A stretch of DNA of 64,000 bases from Octopus vulgaris (GCA_951406725.2 CATOCA020000018.1:1-64000), one strand, 5' to 3'; shown: positions 16,332 to 29,176, numbered from the stretch's first letter. The notes: a model not told the origin generated them from the sequence alone. Program-made: numbers and translations.

Positions 16332-16726
16332 TCTTTATATATAAAAGTGAGGTTGTGTGTCTGTCTCCTACGATTTAGATTCCTAACTACTCCCACATTT
16401 TGCGGTGCAGTTTAACCAAAACCGGGTATCTTATAGTCGTGATTCATATCCAGACCGTCTGGGTATTAGCGCGCGTCTACGATGAGTCTACGATTAAAAA
16501 AAAAATCTACCATCAATTTTTCACATTTTTAATCCATTTTTGACATATATAAGGGAAGTAACTCTCTAAAATTTATTATTAAATCTCAGAACGTAAAAAG
16601 CTACAGTAACACCCCTCCCCCTTTGTGATTAGCCATATTGAGATGGCTATTATACTTTACATCTCTAAAAATGCTTATATAATTATTTCCCTTACAAACC
16701 CGAGTAACGCCGGGCGATACTGCTAG
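16332..16726 (+). mobile_element. Non-autonomous Helitron (395 bp), second family
   Basis: A|TCTTTATATATAAAAGTG start; end cccgagtaacgccgggcgatactgCTAG|T with a cccg/cggg hairpin ~13 nt before the end; no TSD. Confidence 0.88.
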
Positions 16727-16833
16727 TATGTGTATAAATGCATATACATATGCATAGATATATGCTTACACATACAATATATCCGCATATATATAGATTG
16801 ATAGATACATGCATACATACATATATACAGACT

Positions 16834-16865
<32 letters not shown>

Positions 16866-16968
16866 ATCTGTGTGTGTGTGTGTGTGTGTATGTGTATAGA
16901 TAGATATACATATATGCTAACATGTGTATATATACACGTAAATAAATATAAAAATGTATGTATTAATA

Positions 16969-17026
<58 letters not shown>

Positions 17027-17170
17027 TATACATACATATGCGTGCATATTTCTATTGCATATATAAACATATATATTTATGTGTATACATGCACATACAT
17101 GTGTGAGTGTACGGCGTCTCAGCTGTGTTAAATGCAGAAAAATGAATATAGGCGCAGGAGTGGCTGTGTG

Positions 17171-18510
17171 GTATCTCGTGATACTTTTCCGGCATCGGTC
17201 GCGGGTACGTCCACGTGTACTCGGGCGATACCGCGAGCTTAGGTTCGTTCTTTCGATTTCGGGCACGGTAGCGCGGCGGAGCAACGGGCGACTGGTGCAG
17301 GCCCTGCGCAACCCTGCCGCTGGCGGCCCCTACTTTATACTAGCCGCAGTTTCCATCTTTCGGGAATTTACGTAACGGACCACGTTGCTGTATCGACAGC
17401 GTGTATCTCGTGATATCCTTCCAGCATTGGTCGCGGGTACGTCCACGTTTACGTGGGTCACACCATTAGCTTCGAGAATGTCCGGTGTCGTCCGCCGACA
17501 CAGCGGCCTCACTCGAGCTCGATACCGAGAACTCACCCCAGAACTCGCCGCTTCGTGCCTCGTCGATAACTCTGGTACACGGTCGCATTACGTCCACGCT
17601 TACGTGGACGACATCGCGAGCTTCTGTTCGTTCTAACGGGTACATTAGGGCGGCGGAGCTCCGAGAGGCTGCCGCAGGCCTGCCGATGGCGGCCCCCCAC
17701 CTTATTCTAGCCGCAGTTTCCATCTTTCGGGACTTTACGGGAAGGACCACGTCTCTGTATCGACAGCGTGTATCTCATCACATCCTTTCGGCATCGGTCG
17801 CGTGTACGTCCAGGTTTACGTGGCGATACCCCGAGCTTAGGTTCGTTCTTTCGATTTCGGGCACGGTAACGCGGCGGAGCTCCTGGCGATTGGCGCAGGC
17901 CTGGCGCAACCCTGCCGCTGATGGCCTCTACTTTATACTCGCCGCAGTTGCTATCTTTCGGGATTTTACGGGGCGGACTACGTCTCTGTATCGACAGCGT
18001 GTATCTCGTGACATCCTTCCGGCATCGGTCGCGTGTACGTCCAGTTTTACGTGGCGATACCGCGAGCTTAGGTTCGTTCTTTCGATTTCGGGCACGGTAG
18101 GGCGGCGGAGCTCCGGGCGATTGGCGCAGGCCTGGCGCAACCCTGCCGCTGGCGGCCTCTACTTTATACTCGCCGCAGTTGCCATCTTTCGGGATTTTAC
18201 GGGGCGGACTACGTCTCTGTATCGACAGCGTGTATCTCGTGACATCCCTCCGGCATCGGTCGCGTGTACGTCCACGTGTACGAAGGCGATACCGCGAGGT
18301 TCGCATCAGCCTTACTAGATCGGGCACGGTAGGGCGGCGGAGCAACGGGCAGCTAGCGCAACCCTTCTACTGGCGGCCCCTACTTTATACTCGCCGCAGT
18401 TTCCTTCTTTCGGGAATTTACGGGACGGACCACGTCGCAGTACCAACCACGTGTATCTCGTGGCATCCTTCCAGCATTGGTCGTGGGTACGTCCACGTGT
18501 ACGTGGGTGA
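17171..18510. repeat. CpG-rich sub-repeat array A, ~231-bp period, about 5 partly interrupted units
   Basis: cgacagcgtgtatctc recurs at 17394, 17761, 17992 and 18223 (231-bp spacing for the last three); the unit after 17403 carries a B-type insert. Confidence 0.92.
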
Positions 18511-19080
18511 CGACACCATTAGTTTCGAGAAAGTCCGGTGTCGTCCGCCGGCACAGCGGCCCCACTCGTGCTCGATACCGAGAACTCACCTCAGAAATCG
18601 CCGCTTCCTGCCTCGTCGATCACATTCTGACACTCTCGTGCTTCACGTCGACTATAAGTTTGGCTTATCGACCGACCTAAATCACCTGCTACTTAAGCAC
18701 TACGATCTTTCTCCGAGATTCTCCCGCCGCCGTTTCGCTGGGCTTTGTCTTGCTTTGGGATTCGTCCGCCGACACGCCGGCCACAGTCGTGCTCGATACC
18801 GAGAACTCAACCCAGGAGTTGCCGATTCGTGCATCGCCGATATTACACAAACACACACTCGTGCTTCACGTCGACTATAAGTTTGACTTATCGACCGACC
18901 TAAATCACCTGCTACTTAAGCACTGCGATCTTTCTCCGAGATTCTCCCGCCGCCGTTTGGCTGGGCTTTTGTCGTGCTTTGGGATTCGTCCGCCGACACG
19001 CCGGCCCCAGTCGTGCTCGATACCGAGAACTCACCCCAGGAGTTGCCGATTCGTGCCTCGTCCATATCACACGGACACAT
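18510..19080. repeat. CpG-rich sub-repeat array B, ~223-bp period
   Basis: cgtccgccg..gctcgataccgagaactca near 18542, 18763, 18987 (and 17489); ctcgtgcttcacgtcgactataag near 18635 and 18857. Confidence 0.9.
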
Positions 19081-19197
19081 ATACTCATGCGTCGGTCGTA
19101 GTCGCCGCTGCATTTTTCAGTTATTGGCAACGCCGCCGCTAGAGGACCACCGACCGGTTTAGAGACGTTTGTAGAACCAGCTTCGTATGATAAACAC

Positions 19198-22100
19198 TTA
19201 ACGCTACGTGCCGCGAGGCCCTAGCTCATATATCGAACTCGCGAAGGCTACTTTACCAACATAACATCATTGAACACAGCAACGCTACCGAACGAGCGAA
19301 CAAAAATAAGAAAGAAATCTTACGCTTCGGGCCGCGAGGCCCTGACTGATATCGAACTCGTGACGTTTACTTTACCAACATAACATCACTGAACACAGCA
19401 ACGCTACCGAACGAGCGAACAAAAAAAAAATTTTACGCTTCGGGCCGCGAGGCCCTGCCTGATATCGAACTCGCGACGTTTACTTTACCAACATAACATC
19501 ACTGAACACAGCAACGCTACCGAACGAGCGAACAAAAAAAAAAAGTTTTGCGCTTCGGGCCGCGAGGCCCTGACTGATATCGAACTCGTGACGTTTACTT
19601 TACCAACAAAACATCACTGAACACAGCAACGCTACCGAACGAGCGAACAAAAGAAAAAAAAAATTTTACGCTTCGGGCCGCGAGGCCCTGACTGATATCG
19701 AACTCGTGACGTTTACTTTACCAACAAACATCACTGAACACAGCAACGCTACCGAACGAGCGAACAAAAGAAAAAAAAAATTTACGCTTCGGGCCGCGAG
19801 GCCCTGACTGATATCGAACTCGTGACGTTTACTTTACCAACATAACATCACTGAACACAGCAACGCTACCGAACGAGCGAACAAAAAAAAAAGTTTTGCG
19901 CTTCGGGCCGCGAGGCCCTGCCTGATATCGAACTCGTGACGTTTACTTTACCAACAAAACATCACTGAACACAGCAACGCTACCGAACGAGCGAACAAAA
20001 GAAAAAATTTTACGCTTCGGGCCGCGAGGCCCTGACTGATATCGAACTCGTGACGTTTACTTTACCAACAAACATCACTGAACACAGCAACGCTACCGAA
20101 CGAGCGAACAAAAAAAAAAAAAATTTACGCTTCGGGCCGCGAGGCCCTGACTGATATCGAACTCGTGACGTTTACTTTACCAACATAACATCACTGAACA
20201 CAGCAACGCTACCGAACGAGCGAACAAAAAAAAAAAAAGTTTTGCGCTTCGGGCCGCGAGGCCCTGCCTGATATCGAACTCGTGACGTTTACTTTACCAA
20301 CAAAACATCACTGAACACAGCAACGCTACCGAACGAGCGAACAAAAAAAAAAAAAATTTACGCTTCGGGCCGCGAGGCCCTGACTGATATCGAACTCGTG
20401 ACGTTTACTTTACCAACAAACATCACTGAACACAGCAACGCTACCGAACGAGCGAACAAAAAAAAAAAAAAATTTACGCTTCGGGCCGCGAGGCCCTGAC
20501 TGATATCGAACTCGTGACGTTTACTTTACCAACAAACATCACTGAACACAGCAACGCTACCGAACGAGCGAACAAAAGAAAAAAAAAGTTTTGCGCTTCG
20601 GGCCGCGAGGCCCTGACTGATATCGAACTCGTGACGTTTACTTTACCAACATAACATCACTGAACACAGCAACGCTACCGAACGAGCGAACAAAAAAAAA
20701 AAAGTTTTGCGCTTCGGGCCGCGAGGCCCTGCCTGATATCGAACTCGTGACGTTTACTTTACCAACAAAACATCACTGAACACAGCAACGCTACCGAACG
20801 AGCGAACAAAAAAAAAAAAATTTTACGCTTCGGGCCGCGAGGCCCTGACTGATATCGAACTCGTGACGTTTACTTTACCAACATAACATCACTGAACACA
20901 GCAACGCTACCGAACGAGCGAACAAAAAAAAAAAGTTTTGCGCTTCGGGCCGCGAGGCCCTGACTGATATCGAACTCGTGACGTTTACTTTACCAACAAA
21001 ACATCACTGAACACAGCAACGCTACCGAACGAGCGAACAAAAGAAAAAAAAAAATTTACGCTTCGGGCCGCGAGGCCCTGACTGATATCGAACTCGTGAC
21101 GTTTACTTTACCAACAAACATCACTGAACACAGCAACGCTACCGAACGAGCGAACAAAAAAAAGTTTTGCGCTTCGGGCCGCGAGGCCCTGACTGATATC
21201 GAACTCGTGACGTTTACTTTACCAACAAAACATCACTGAACACAGCAACGCTACCGAACGAGCGAACAAAAAAAAAAAGTTTTACGCTTCGGGCCGCGAG
21301 GCCCTGCCTGATATCGAACTCGTGACGTTTACTTTACCAACAAAACATCACTGAACACAGCAACGCTACCGAACGAGCGAACAAAAAAAAAAGTTTTGCG
21401 CTTCGGGCCGCGAGGCCCTGACTGATATCGAACTCGTGACGTTTACTTTACCAACAAAACATCACTGAACACAGCAACGCTACCGAACGAGCGAACAAAA
21501 AAAAAAAAATTTTACGCTTCGGGCCGCGAGGCCCTGACTGATATCGAACTCGTGACGTTTACTTTACCAACAAAACATCACTGAACACAGCAACGCTACC
21601 GAACGAGCGAACAAAAAAAAAAAGTTTTGCGCTTCGGGCCGCGAGGCCCTGACTGATATCGAACTCGTGACGTTTACTTTACCAACAAAACATCACTGAA
21701 CACAGCAACGCTACCGAACGAGCGAACAAAAAAAAAAAAATTTTACGCTTCGGGCCGCGAGGCCCTGACTGATATCGAACTCGTGACGTTTACTTTACCA
21801 ACAAAACATCACTGAACACAGCAACGCTACCGAACGAGCGAACAAAAAAAAATAAAGCTCTACGCTTCGGGCCGCGAGGCCCTGCCTGATATCGAACTCG
21901 TGACGTTTACTTTACCAACAAAACATCACTGAACACAGCAACGCTACCGAACGAGCGAACAAAGAGAAAAAAAAAATTTACGCTTCGGGCCGCGAGGCCC
22001 TGACTGATATCGAACTCGTGACGTTTACTTTACCAACATAACATCACTGAAGACAGCAACGCTACCGAACGAGCGAACAAAAAAAAAAAAAAATTTTACG

Positions 22101-22725
22101 CTTCGGGCCGCGAGGCCCTGACTGATATCGAACTCGTGACGTTTACTTTACCAACATAACATCACTGAACACAGCAACGCTACCGAACGAGCGAACAAAA
22201 AAAAAAAAGTCTTACGCTTCGGGCCGCGAGGCCACGACTGATATCGAACTCGTGACGTTTACTTTACCAACATAACATCACTGAACACAGCAACGCTACC
22301 GAACGAGCGAACATAAAAAAAAAATAATATTACGCTTCGGGCCGCGAGGCCCTGACTGATATCGAACTCGTGACGTTTACTTTACCAACATAACATCACT
22401 GAACACAGCAACGCTACCGATCGAGCCAGCAAAAAAAAAAAAAAAAAATGTTACGCTTCGGGCCGCGAGGCCTGCCTGATATCGAACTCGTGACGTTTAC
22501 TTTACCAACAAAACATCACTGAACACAGCAACGCTACCGAACGAGCGAACAAAAAAAAATTAAAATTTTACGTTTCGGGCCGCGAGGCCCTGCCTGATAT
22601 CGAACTCGTGACGTTTACTTTACCAACATAACATCACAGCAACGCTACCGAACGAACGAACAACAAAATAAATAAATAAAAACGCAAAGCTACGGGCCGC
22701 GACGTCCTGGCTGATATCGAACTCA
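19198..22725. repeat. Tandem array C: about 30 copies of a ~116-bp CpG-rich unit with a variable A-tract
   Basis: Unit: ttacgcttcGGGCCgcgaGGCCCtgactgatatcgaactcgtgacgtttactttaccaaca(t/a)aacatcactgaacacagcaacgctaccgaacgagcgaac(A)n. I counted 29 near-identical hairpin cores from 19329 to 22576, plus degenerate end copies near 19209 and 22693. Confidence 0.98.
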
Positions 22726-23598
22726 CGAACGCGAGAGAAGGAGCGAAGCACAGCGAAAAGCTAACGTACGGGGGCAAGTGCGGACAATTTTTGGCAAAGC
22801 AAACCGTTGTAGGACGATATCGAACTGGGAACAGTATAGCAAGGCGTCCAGAAATTAACTGAGAATACGAATCTTGCCGGCTGGCTAATTTTTGCTTGAT
22901 GTTCACCCCCTAATATTGTCTGGGCCCCCTTGGGGTGCGACGGTCACCTAGAGCGTGACTATCCAGCCGGGGCCGATCCGTTTTCTTGCGGTCTGAGCAC
23001 CTCCTACGACTTACGGGTCGGACCACGTCGCTGTTTTTACCCGATACGTGGACGATATCGCGCGTTTAGTTTCGTGCTTTCGATTTCACGCACAGTACGG
23101 CGGCGGAGACGCAGGCGACCGGCGTGCGACGGTCACCTAGAGCGTGACTATCCAGCGTGGGCCGATCCGTAAGCTTACGGGTCTGATTTTTTTTAATTAC
23201 GGGTCAGTCCACGTATGTGTATTTTCCCGGTGCATATCGTAAGGTGAAGGATAAATTTACCGGATGTTTACGTTTTGATATACGACAACGCGGCGTGACG
23301 CGGTGATCGTATGCGAAACTTTGTATTATCTTCCCGATAGCCACCACGCTAGAGTTTTGTTGACATTGCTTCGTACCGTAACTTGAAGCATAAATTCACC
23401 GGATGTTTACGTTTTGCTATACGAGCACGCGGCCCAAAGGCGTAGCTGGCGGCCCCACGGTGGCACTTTTTGTTTTCTTTACGATTAAAGAAACCACGAC
23501 TTCCCTGTTGTTTTGTTCGTAATGTAGCGTTCGTAATTTCGATATTAGCAATTTCGATTTTACGTGAAAAATAAAATCATTTAACTTGTTATTTTTCG
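22725..23598. repeat. CpG-rich right flank of the island with degenerate A/C-related and local duplicated motifs
   Basis: gcgacggtcacctagagcgtgactatccagc twice (near 22937 and 23127); taaatt[t/c]accggatgtttacgttttg twice (near 23252 and 23391); an A-like segment at 23020-23120. Confidence 0.8.
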
Positions 23599-23864
23599 AC
23601 TGAAATAAGCCCGTCGTATATAAATAAATATATATATATATATGTGTGTGTCTGTTTGTCCCTCCCCCCGAACATCGCTTGACAACCGATGCTGGAGGTG
23701 TTTACATCCCCGTCAATTAGCCGCTTGGCACGAACCTCTAGGCTTAATAAGAATAAGTATTGGGATCGATTTGCTCGACTAAAGACGGTGCTCCAGCATG
23801 GCCACAGTCAAATGACTGAAACAAGGTAAATTAAAACGTATATATATATGTTCTTTTATATATG

Positions 23865-23937
<73 letters not shown>

Positions 23938-23950
23938 GTATATGTTTATG

Positions 23951-23981
<31 letters not shown>

Positions 23982-24473
23982 GTTATTTTATTTTACTTGT
24001 TTCAGTCATTTGGAAGTGGCCATGCTGGAGCACCGACTTTAGTCGAGCAAATCGATCAGGCCGTCAAGAAGGCTATCCATATGCTAGAAATAGCAGCCAA
24101 AGCTAACGAAAGTACGATAAAATAAGTCCAACAATGGTTGTAATTTTTATTCTTGGTTAAGATTTTTAACATTAGTTCACTCGATTAGCTGTGTAGCAAA
24201 TGAATTATTGTCTAACTCTGACAGCCGTAAATGAGCAGGTAATACGACTGGGATAATCACAACTATTATCTAAGTACAAGGGTTAGGTAATCACAGGGTG
24301 ATTTGGTTGCTATTTCTAGGATACTGAGCAACAATGCAGCGGCACTCTCTCTCTGACTTATGTATGTATGTATGTATGTATGTAAGTATGTATGTATGTA
24401 TGTATGTTTCTATGTATGTGTGTATGTATGTATGTGCGTTGTGTGTGTGTCTGTCTGTCTTTGTGTATATGTT

Positions 24474-25180
24474 AATTTATCGACCCCGAAGGATGAAAGG
24501 CAAAGTCGACCTCGGCGGAATTTGAACTCAGACAGTAGCGGCAGACAACGTACCTATTTCTTTATTACCCATAATGAGCTAAACACCCAGAAGACAAACA
24601 AAGACAGACAAAGGTATTAAGTCGATTATATTGACCCCAGTGCGTAACTGGTACTTATATAATCGACCCCGAACGAATGAAAAGCAAGGCCGACCTCGGC
24701 GGAATTTGAACTCAGAGCGGAGCGGCAGACAAAATACCTATTTCTTAACTATCCACAAGGGGCTAAACGCACAGGGGACAAACAATGACAGACATACTGA
24801 TTAAGGCGATTATATCGACCCCAGTGCGTAACTGGTACTTTATTTATCGACCCTGAAATGATGAACGGCAAAGTCGACCTCGGTGGAACTTGAACTCAGA
24901 ACGTAATAGCAGACGAAATACCTATTTCTTTACTACCCACAAGGGGCTACACACAGAGGGGACAAACAAGGACAGACAAAGCGATTAAGTCGATTACATC
25001 GACTCCAGTGCGCAACTGATACTTTATTTATCGACCCTGCAATGACTAGGTAAAGTCGACCTCGGCGAAATTTGAACTCAGAACATAACAGCAGACGAAA
25101 TACCTATTTCTTTACTAGCCACAAGGGGCTACACACAGAGGGGACAAACAAGGACAGACAAAGGGATTAAGTCGATTACA
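24474..25180 (-). repeat. Head-to-tail ~180-bp array of a tRNA-SINE fragment (4 units here)
   Basis: Minus strand gagttcaaattcc (B box) + gccgaggtcgactttgcctttcatccttcggggtcgataaa..gtaccagt, a conserved SINE central-domain-like sequence, repeated in tandem. Confidence 0.8.
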
Positions 25181-25600
25181 GCTGTGTAGTAAATTAATTA
25201 TTGTCTAACTCTGATAGCCGTAAATGAGCAGGTAATACGACTGGGATAATCACAACTATTATCTAAGTACAAGGGTTAGGTAATCACAGGGTGATTTGGT
25301 TGCTATTTCTAGGATACTGAGCAACAATGTAGCGGCACTCTCTCTCTGACTTATGTATGTATGTATGTATGTATGTAAGTATGTATGTATGTATGTATGT
25401 ATGTTTCTATGTATGTATGTATGTATGTATGTGCGTGTGTGTGTGTGTGTGTGTCTGTCTGTCTTTGTGTATATGTTAATTTATCGACCCCGAAGGATGA
25501 AAGGCAAAGTCGACCTCGGCGGAATTTGAACTCAGACAGTAGCGACAGACAACGTACCTATTTCTTTATTACCCACAATGGGCTAAACACCGTACTTATT

Positions 25601-25671
<71 letters not shown>

Positions 25672-26159
25672 GTGTAGGGTAGCGGCAGACGAAATACCTA
25701 TTTCTTTACTACCCACAAGGGGCTAAACACAGGGGGAAAAACAAGGACAGACAAACGGATTAAATCGATTATAATGACCCCAGTGCGTAGTAACTGGTAC
25801 TTAATTTATCGACCCCGAAGGATGGAAGTCAAAGTCGACCTCGGCGGAATTTGAACTCAGACCGTAGTGGCAGACAACATACCAATTTCTTTACTACCCG
25901 CAAGGGGCTAAACACCGAGAAGACAAGCAACGACAGACATAAGTATTCAGTCGATTATATTGACCGCAGTGCGTAATTGGTACTTATTTAATCGACCCTG
26001 AAAGAATGAAAAGCAAGGTCGACCTCGGGGAATTTGAACACAGAGCGTAGCGGCAGACAAAATGCCTATTTCTTTACTACTCACAAGAGGCTAAACACAG
26101 AGGGGACAAACAAGGACAGACATACGGCGATTATATCGACTCCAGTGCGTAACTGGTAC

Positions 26160-26229
<70 letters not shown>

Positions 26230-26790
26230 GTAGATGTATATATATATATATATAACAAGATAAAGATTTTTATTTTTCATGGACTTCAAAATTTGCCAGA
26301 AAATAATGGATCGTGCCAAGATTTTGTTGCTACTTCTAGCATGTAGAGATTACCTGTTAAAGCGTAATTTTTTATTTTGAAATATCTATCTATCTATATA
26401 TTTACTACCCACAAGGGGCTAAACATAGAGGGGACAAACAAGGACAGACAAAGGGATTAAGTCGATTACATCGACCCAAGTGCGAAACTGGTACATATAT
26501 ATATTCTTTTATTCTTTTCTTTTACTTGTTTCAGTCATTTGACTGCGGCCATGCTGAGCACCGCCATTAGTCGAACAACTCGACCGCGGGACTTATTCTT
26601 TTGCAATCCCAGTACTTATTCTATCGGTCTCTCTTGCCGATCGGGGACATAAGCACACCAGCATCGGTTGTCAAGCAATGCTAGGGGACAAACACAGACA
26701 CACAAATACACACTCAGTGGGACTGAACCCGCAACCATGTGGTTGGTAGACAAGCTACTTACCACACAGCCACTCCTGCGCCTATATATA

Positions 26791-26845
<55 letters not shown>

Positions 26846-26854
26846 TTATATATT

Positions 26855-26919
<65 letters not shown>

Positions 26920-27154
26920 ATATCTATATATCTATACATGTGTGTGTGTGTATATATATATATGTAGATGTATATATATATACATATATAAAAAAATAAA
27001 GGTCTTTATTTTTCATGTACTTCAAAATTTGCCAGAAAATAATGGATCGTAGCAATCTTTGCTGCTATTTCTAGCATGTAAAAATTGCCTGTTAAAGGGT
27101 AATTTTCTATTTTGAAATATATATATACATATATTTATTTATATATATATATAC

Positions 27155-27205
<51 letters not shown>

Positions 27206-27465
27206 AATATATATAAATATATCTATATATCTATATATATATATATATATATAACATATATATATACATATATATGTATGTATGTACATATGTATGTCTC
27301 TCTCTCTCTCTCTCTCTGTCTTTTACGCTCTCTCTCTGTCTGTATTTAACTCACTATCTAACATATAAGTTTCTCTCTCTCTCAATATAAAACTATTTTT
27401 CTCTATTATTACCCGTTGCTAAGCAACTCAGGGAAAAGGTGTGTGCGTGTGTGACTGTATTTTCA

Positions 27466-27550
<85 letters not shown>

Positions 27551-27939
27551 TTGTCTGCGTGTATTTTTAAAATCTTCCGATTATCGCTGACTTGAAATAT
27601 ACATTTCATTTCGTTTGCCATTGTAAAGTTAGATTGTATCTGAGACAGAATTGAAAATGCAAAGTTTCTGTTGACAGGATACCTGAATTTTCTGTATCTT
27701 TTGCTGACCCACCCCACTCACGCCATTTAATTTCATCAGTACTTAAGGCCTTCTCTCTCTCTGTCTACCCCTCTCTCTCTGTCTACCTCTCTCTGTCTAC
27801 GCTCTCTCTCTGTCTGTATTTAACTCACTATCTAACATATAAGTTTCTCTCTCTCTCAATATAAAACTATTTTTCTCTATTATTACCCGTTGCTAAGCAA
27901 CTCAGGGAAAAGGTGTGTGCGTGTGTGACTGTATTTTCA

Positions 27940-27972
<33 letters not shown>

Positions 27973-28291
27973 CTTTCGACACCAGTGCGTGCGTGCGTAA
28001 CGATACACACACAAACCTCCACAAACATAAACGCACAAAATTGAAAAGACACAGTTACACACTCAAACACTCGCACACAGAAACGAAAATACACACGCAC
28101 ACTCACACTCACACACGCACACATACATACAGACAAACACCACACACACACACACACACACAAAAATGAAAATACACAGTTACACACTCACACGCACACA
28201 CACACGCACAAACTAGAGCGCACATACACACGCACACGCACAAGCAATGAACTGGAAACGCGCGCACGCAGACACAGAAAGGAAAGCACAC

Positions 28292-28325
<34 letters not shown>

Positions 28326-29176
28326 TTATGAATAGATTTTGTAGATGGAAACTGAAAGAAGCCCATCGTATATAAATGTATACATATATGTGTGTGTGTG
28401 AGTGTGTGTGTCTGTTTGTCCCCCTTCAACATCGCTTGACAACCGATGCTGGGGTGTTTACATCCCCGTCAATTAGCCGCTTGGTAAGAAACGCTAGGCT
28501 TGAAAAGAATAAGTCTTGGGATCGATTTGCTCGACTAAAGGCGTTGCTCCAGCATGGCCACAGTCAGATGACTGAAACAAGGAAAATAAAAACATATATA
28601 TATATATATATGTATATGTTTATGTATATATATGTATATGTTTACGTATATATATATATATATATATATGGATATATATATATATATATAGGCGCAGGAG
28701 TGGCTGTGTGGTAAGTGGCTTGCTAACCAACCACTTGGCTCCGGGTTCAGTCCCACTGCGTGGCATCTTGGGCAAGTGTCTTCTGCTATAGCCCCGGGTC
28801 GACCAATGCCTTGTGAGTGGATTTAGTAGACGGAAACTGAAAGAAACCTGTCGTATATATGTATATAGACTTAGGGGTGGCTGTGTGGTAAGTAGCTTGC
28901 TAACCAGCCACATGGCTCCGGGTTCAGTCCCACTGCGTGACATCTTGGGCAAGTTTCTTCTGCTATAGCCCCGGGCCGACCAATGCCTTGTGAGTGGATT
29001 TTGTAGACGGAAACTGAAAGAAGCCTGTCGTATATATGTATATATATATATGTATATATTTATCTCTTATTATAAAAGGTAGATTTTATCTGCCTCCCTT
29101 TGTCAGTTATAGAAATCTACAATATAGGATTTCTTCAATTACAATTTACCTGAGTATATATATATCTGTATATGTT

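Noticed and set aside
17955-17975. CENP-B box-like TTCG...CGGG in array A
   Set aside because: Spacing is 8 nt rather than 7 and the required central A is not in register.
17485-18880. 277-aa and 233-aa ORFs in the GC-rich arrays
   Set aside because: Open frames are expected from high GC and a 231-bp (77-codon) period; overlapping ORFs on both strands and no recognisable domain.
19198-22725. CRISPR array
   Set aside because: Units are near-identical along their whole length with no unique spacers; no cas genes; eukaryotic context.
19198-22725. Hammerhead, HDV-like, twister or pistol ribozyme array; 5S rRNA or tRNA array
   Set aside because: No CUGANGA..GAAA core on either strand; the CCUCGC loop is too short for the HDV P3/L3 arrangement; only superficial similarity to other ribozymes; the sequence does not resemble 5S rRNA or fold as a cloverleaf by eye.
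24205-24250. Possible 14-nt micro-exon (ctgacag|ccgtaaatgagcag|gtaata), twice per macrosatellite unit
   Set aside because: Weak pyrimidine tract, branch-like motif too close to the AG and no supporting neighbouring exons; cannot be supported without RNA data.
27463-27717. Recurrent ORF MGWVSKRYRK.. in each macrosatellite unit
   Set aside because: Recurrence reflects recent duplication; non-ATG start, runs into (CA)n, no domain recognised.
28690-29035. tRNA genes at the A/B-box-bearing segments
   Set aside because: These are SINE heads: they continue into the SINE body and lack a complete acceptor stem.
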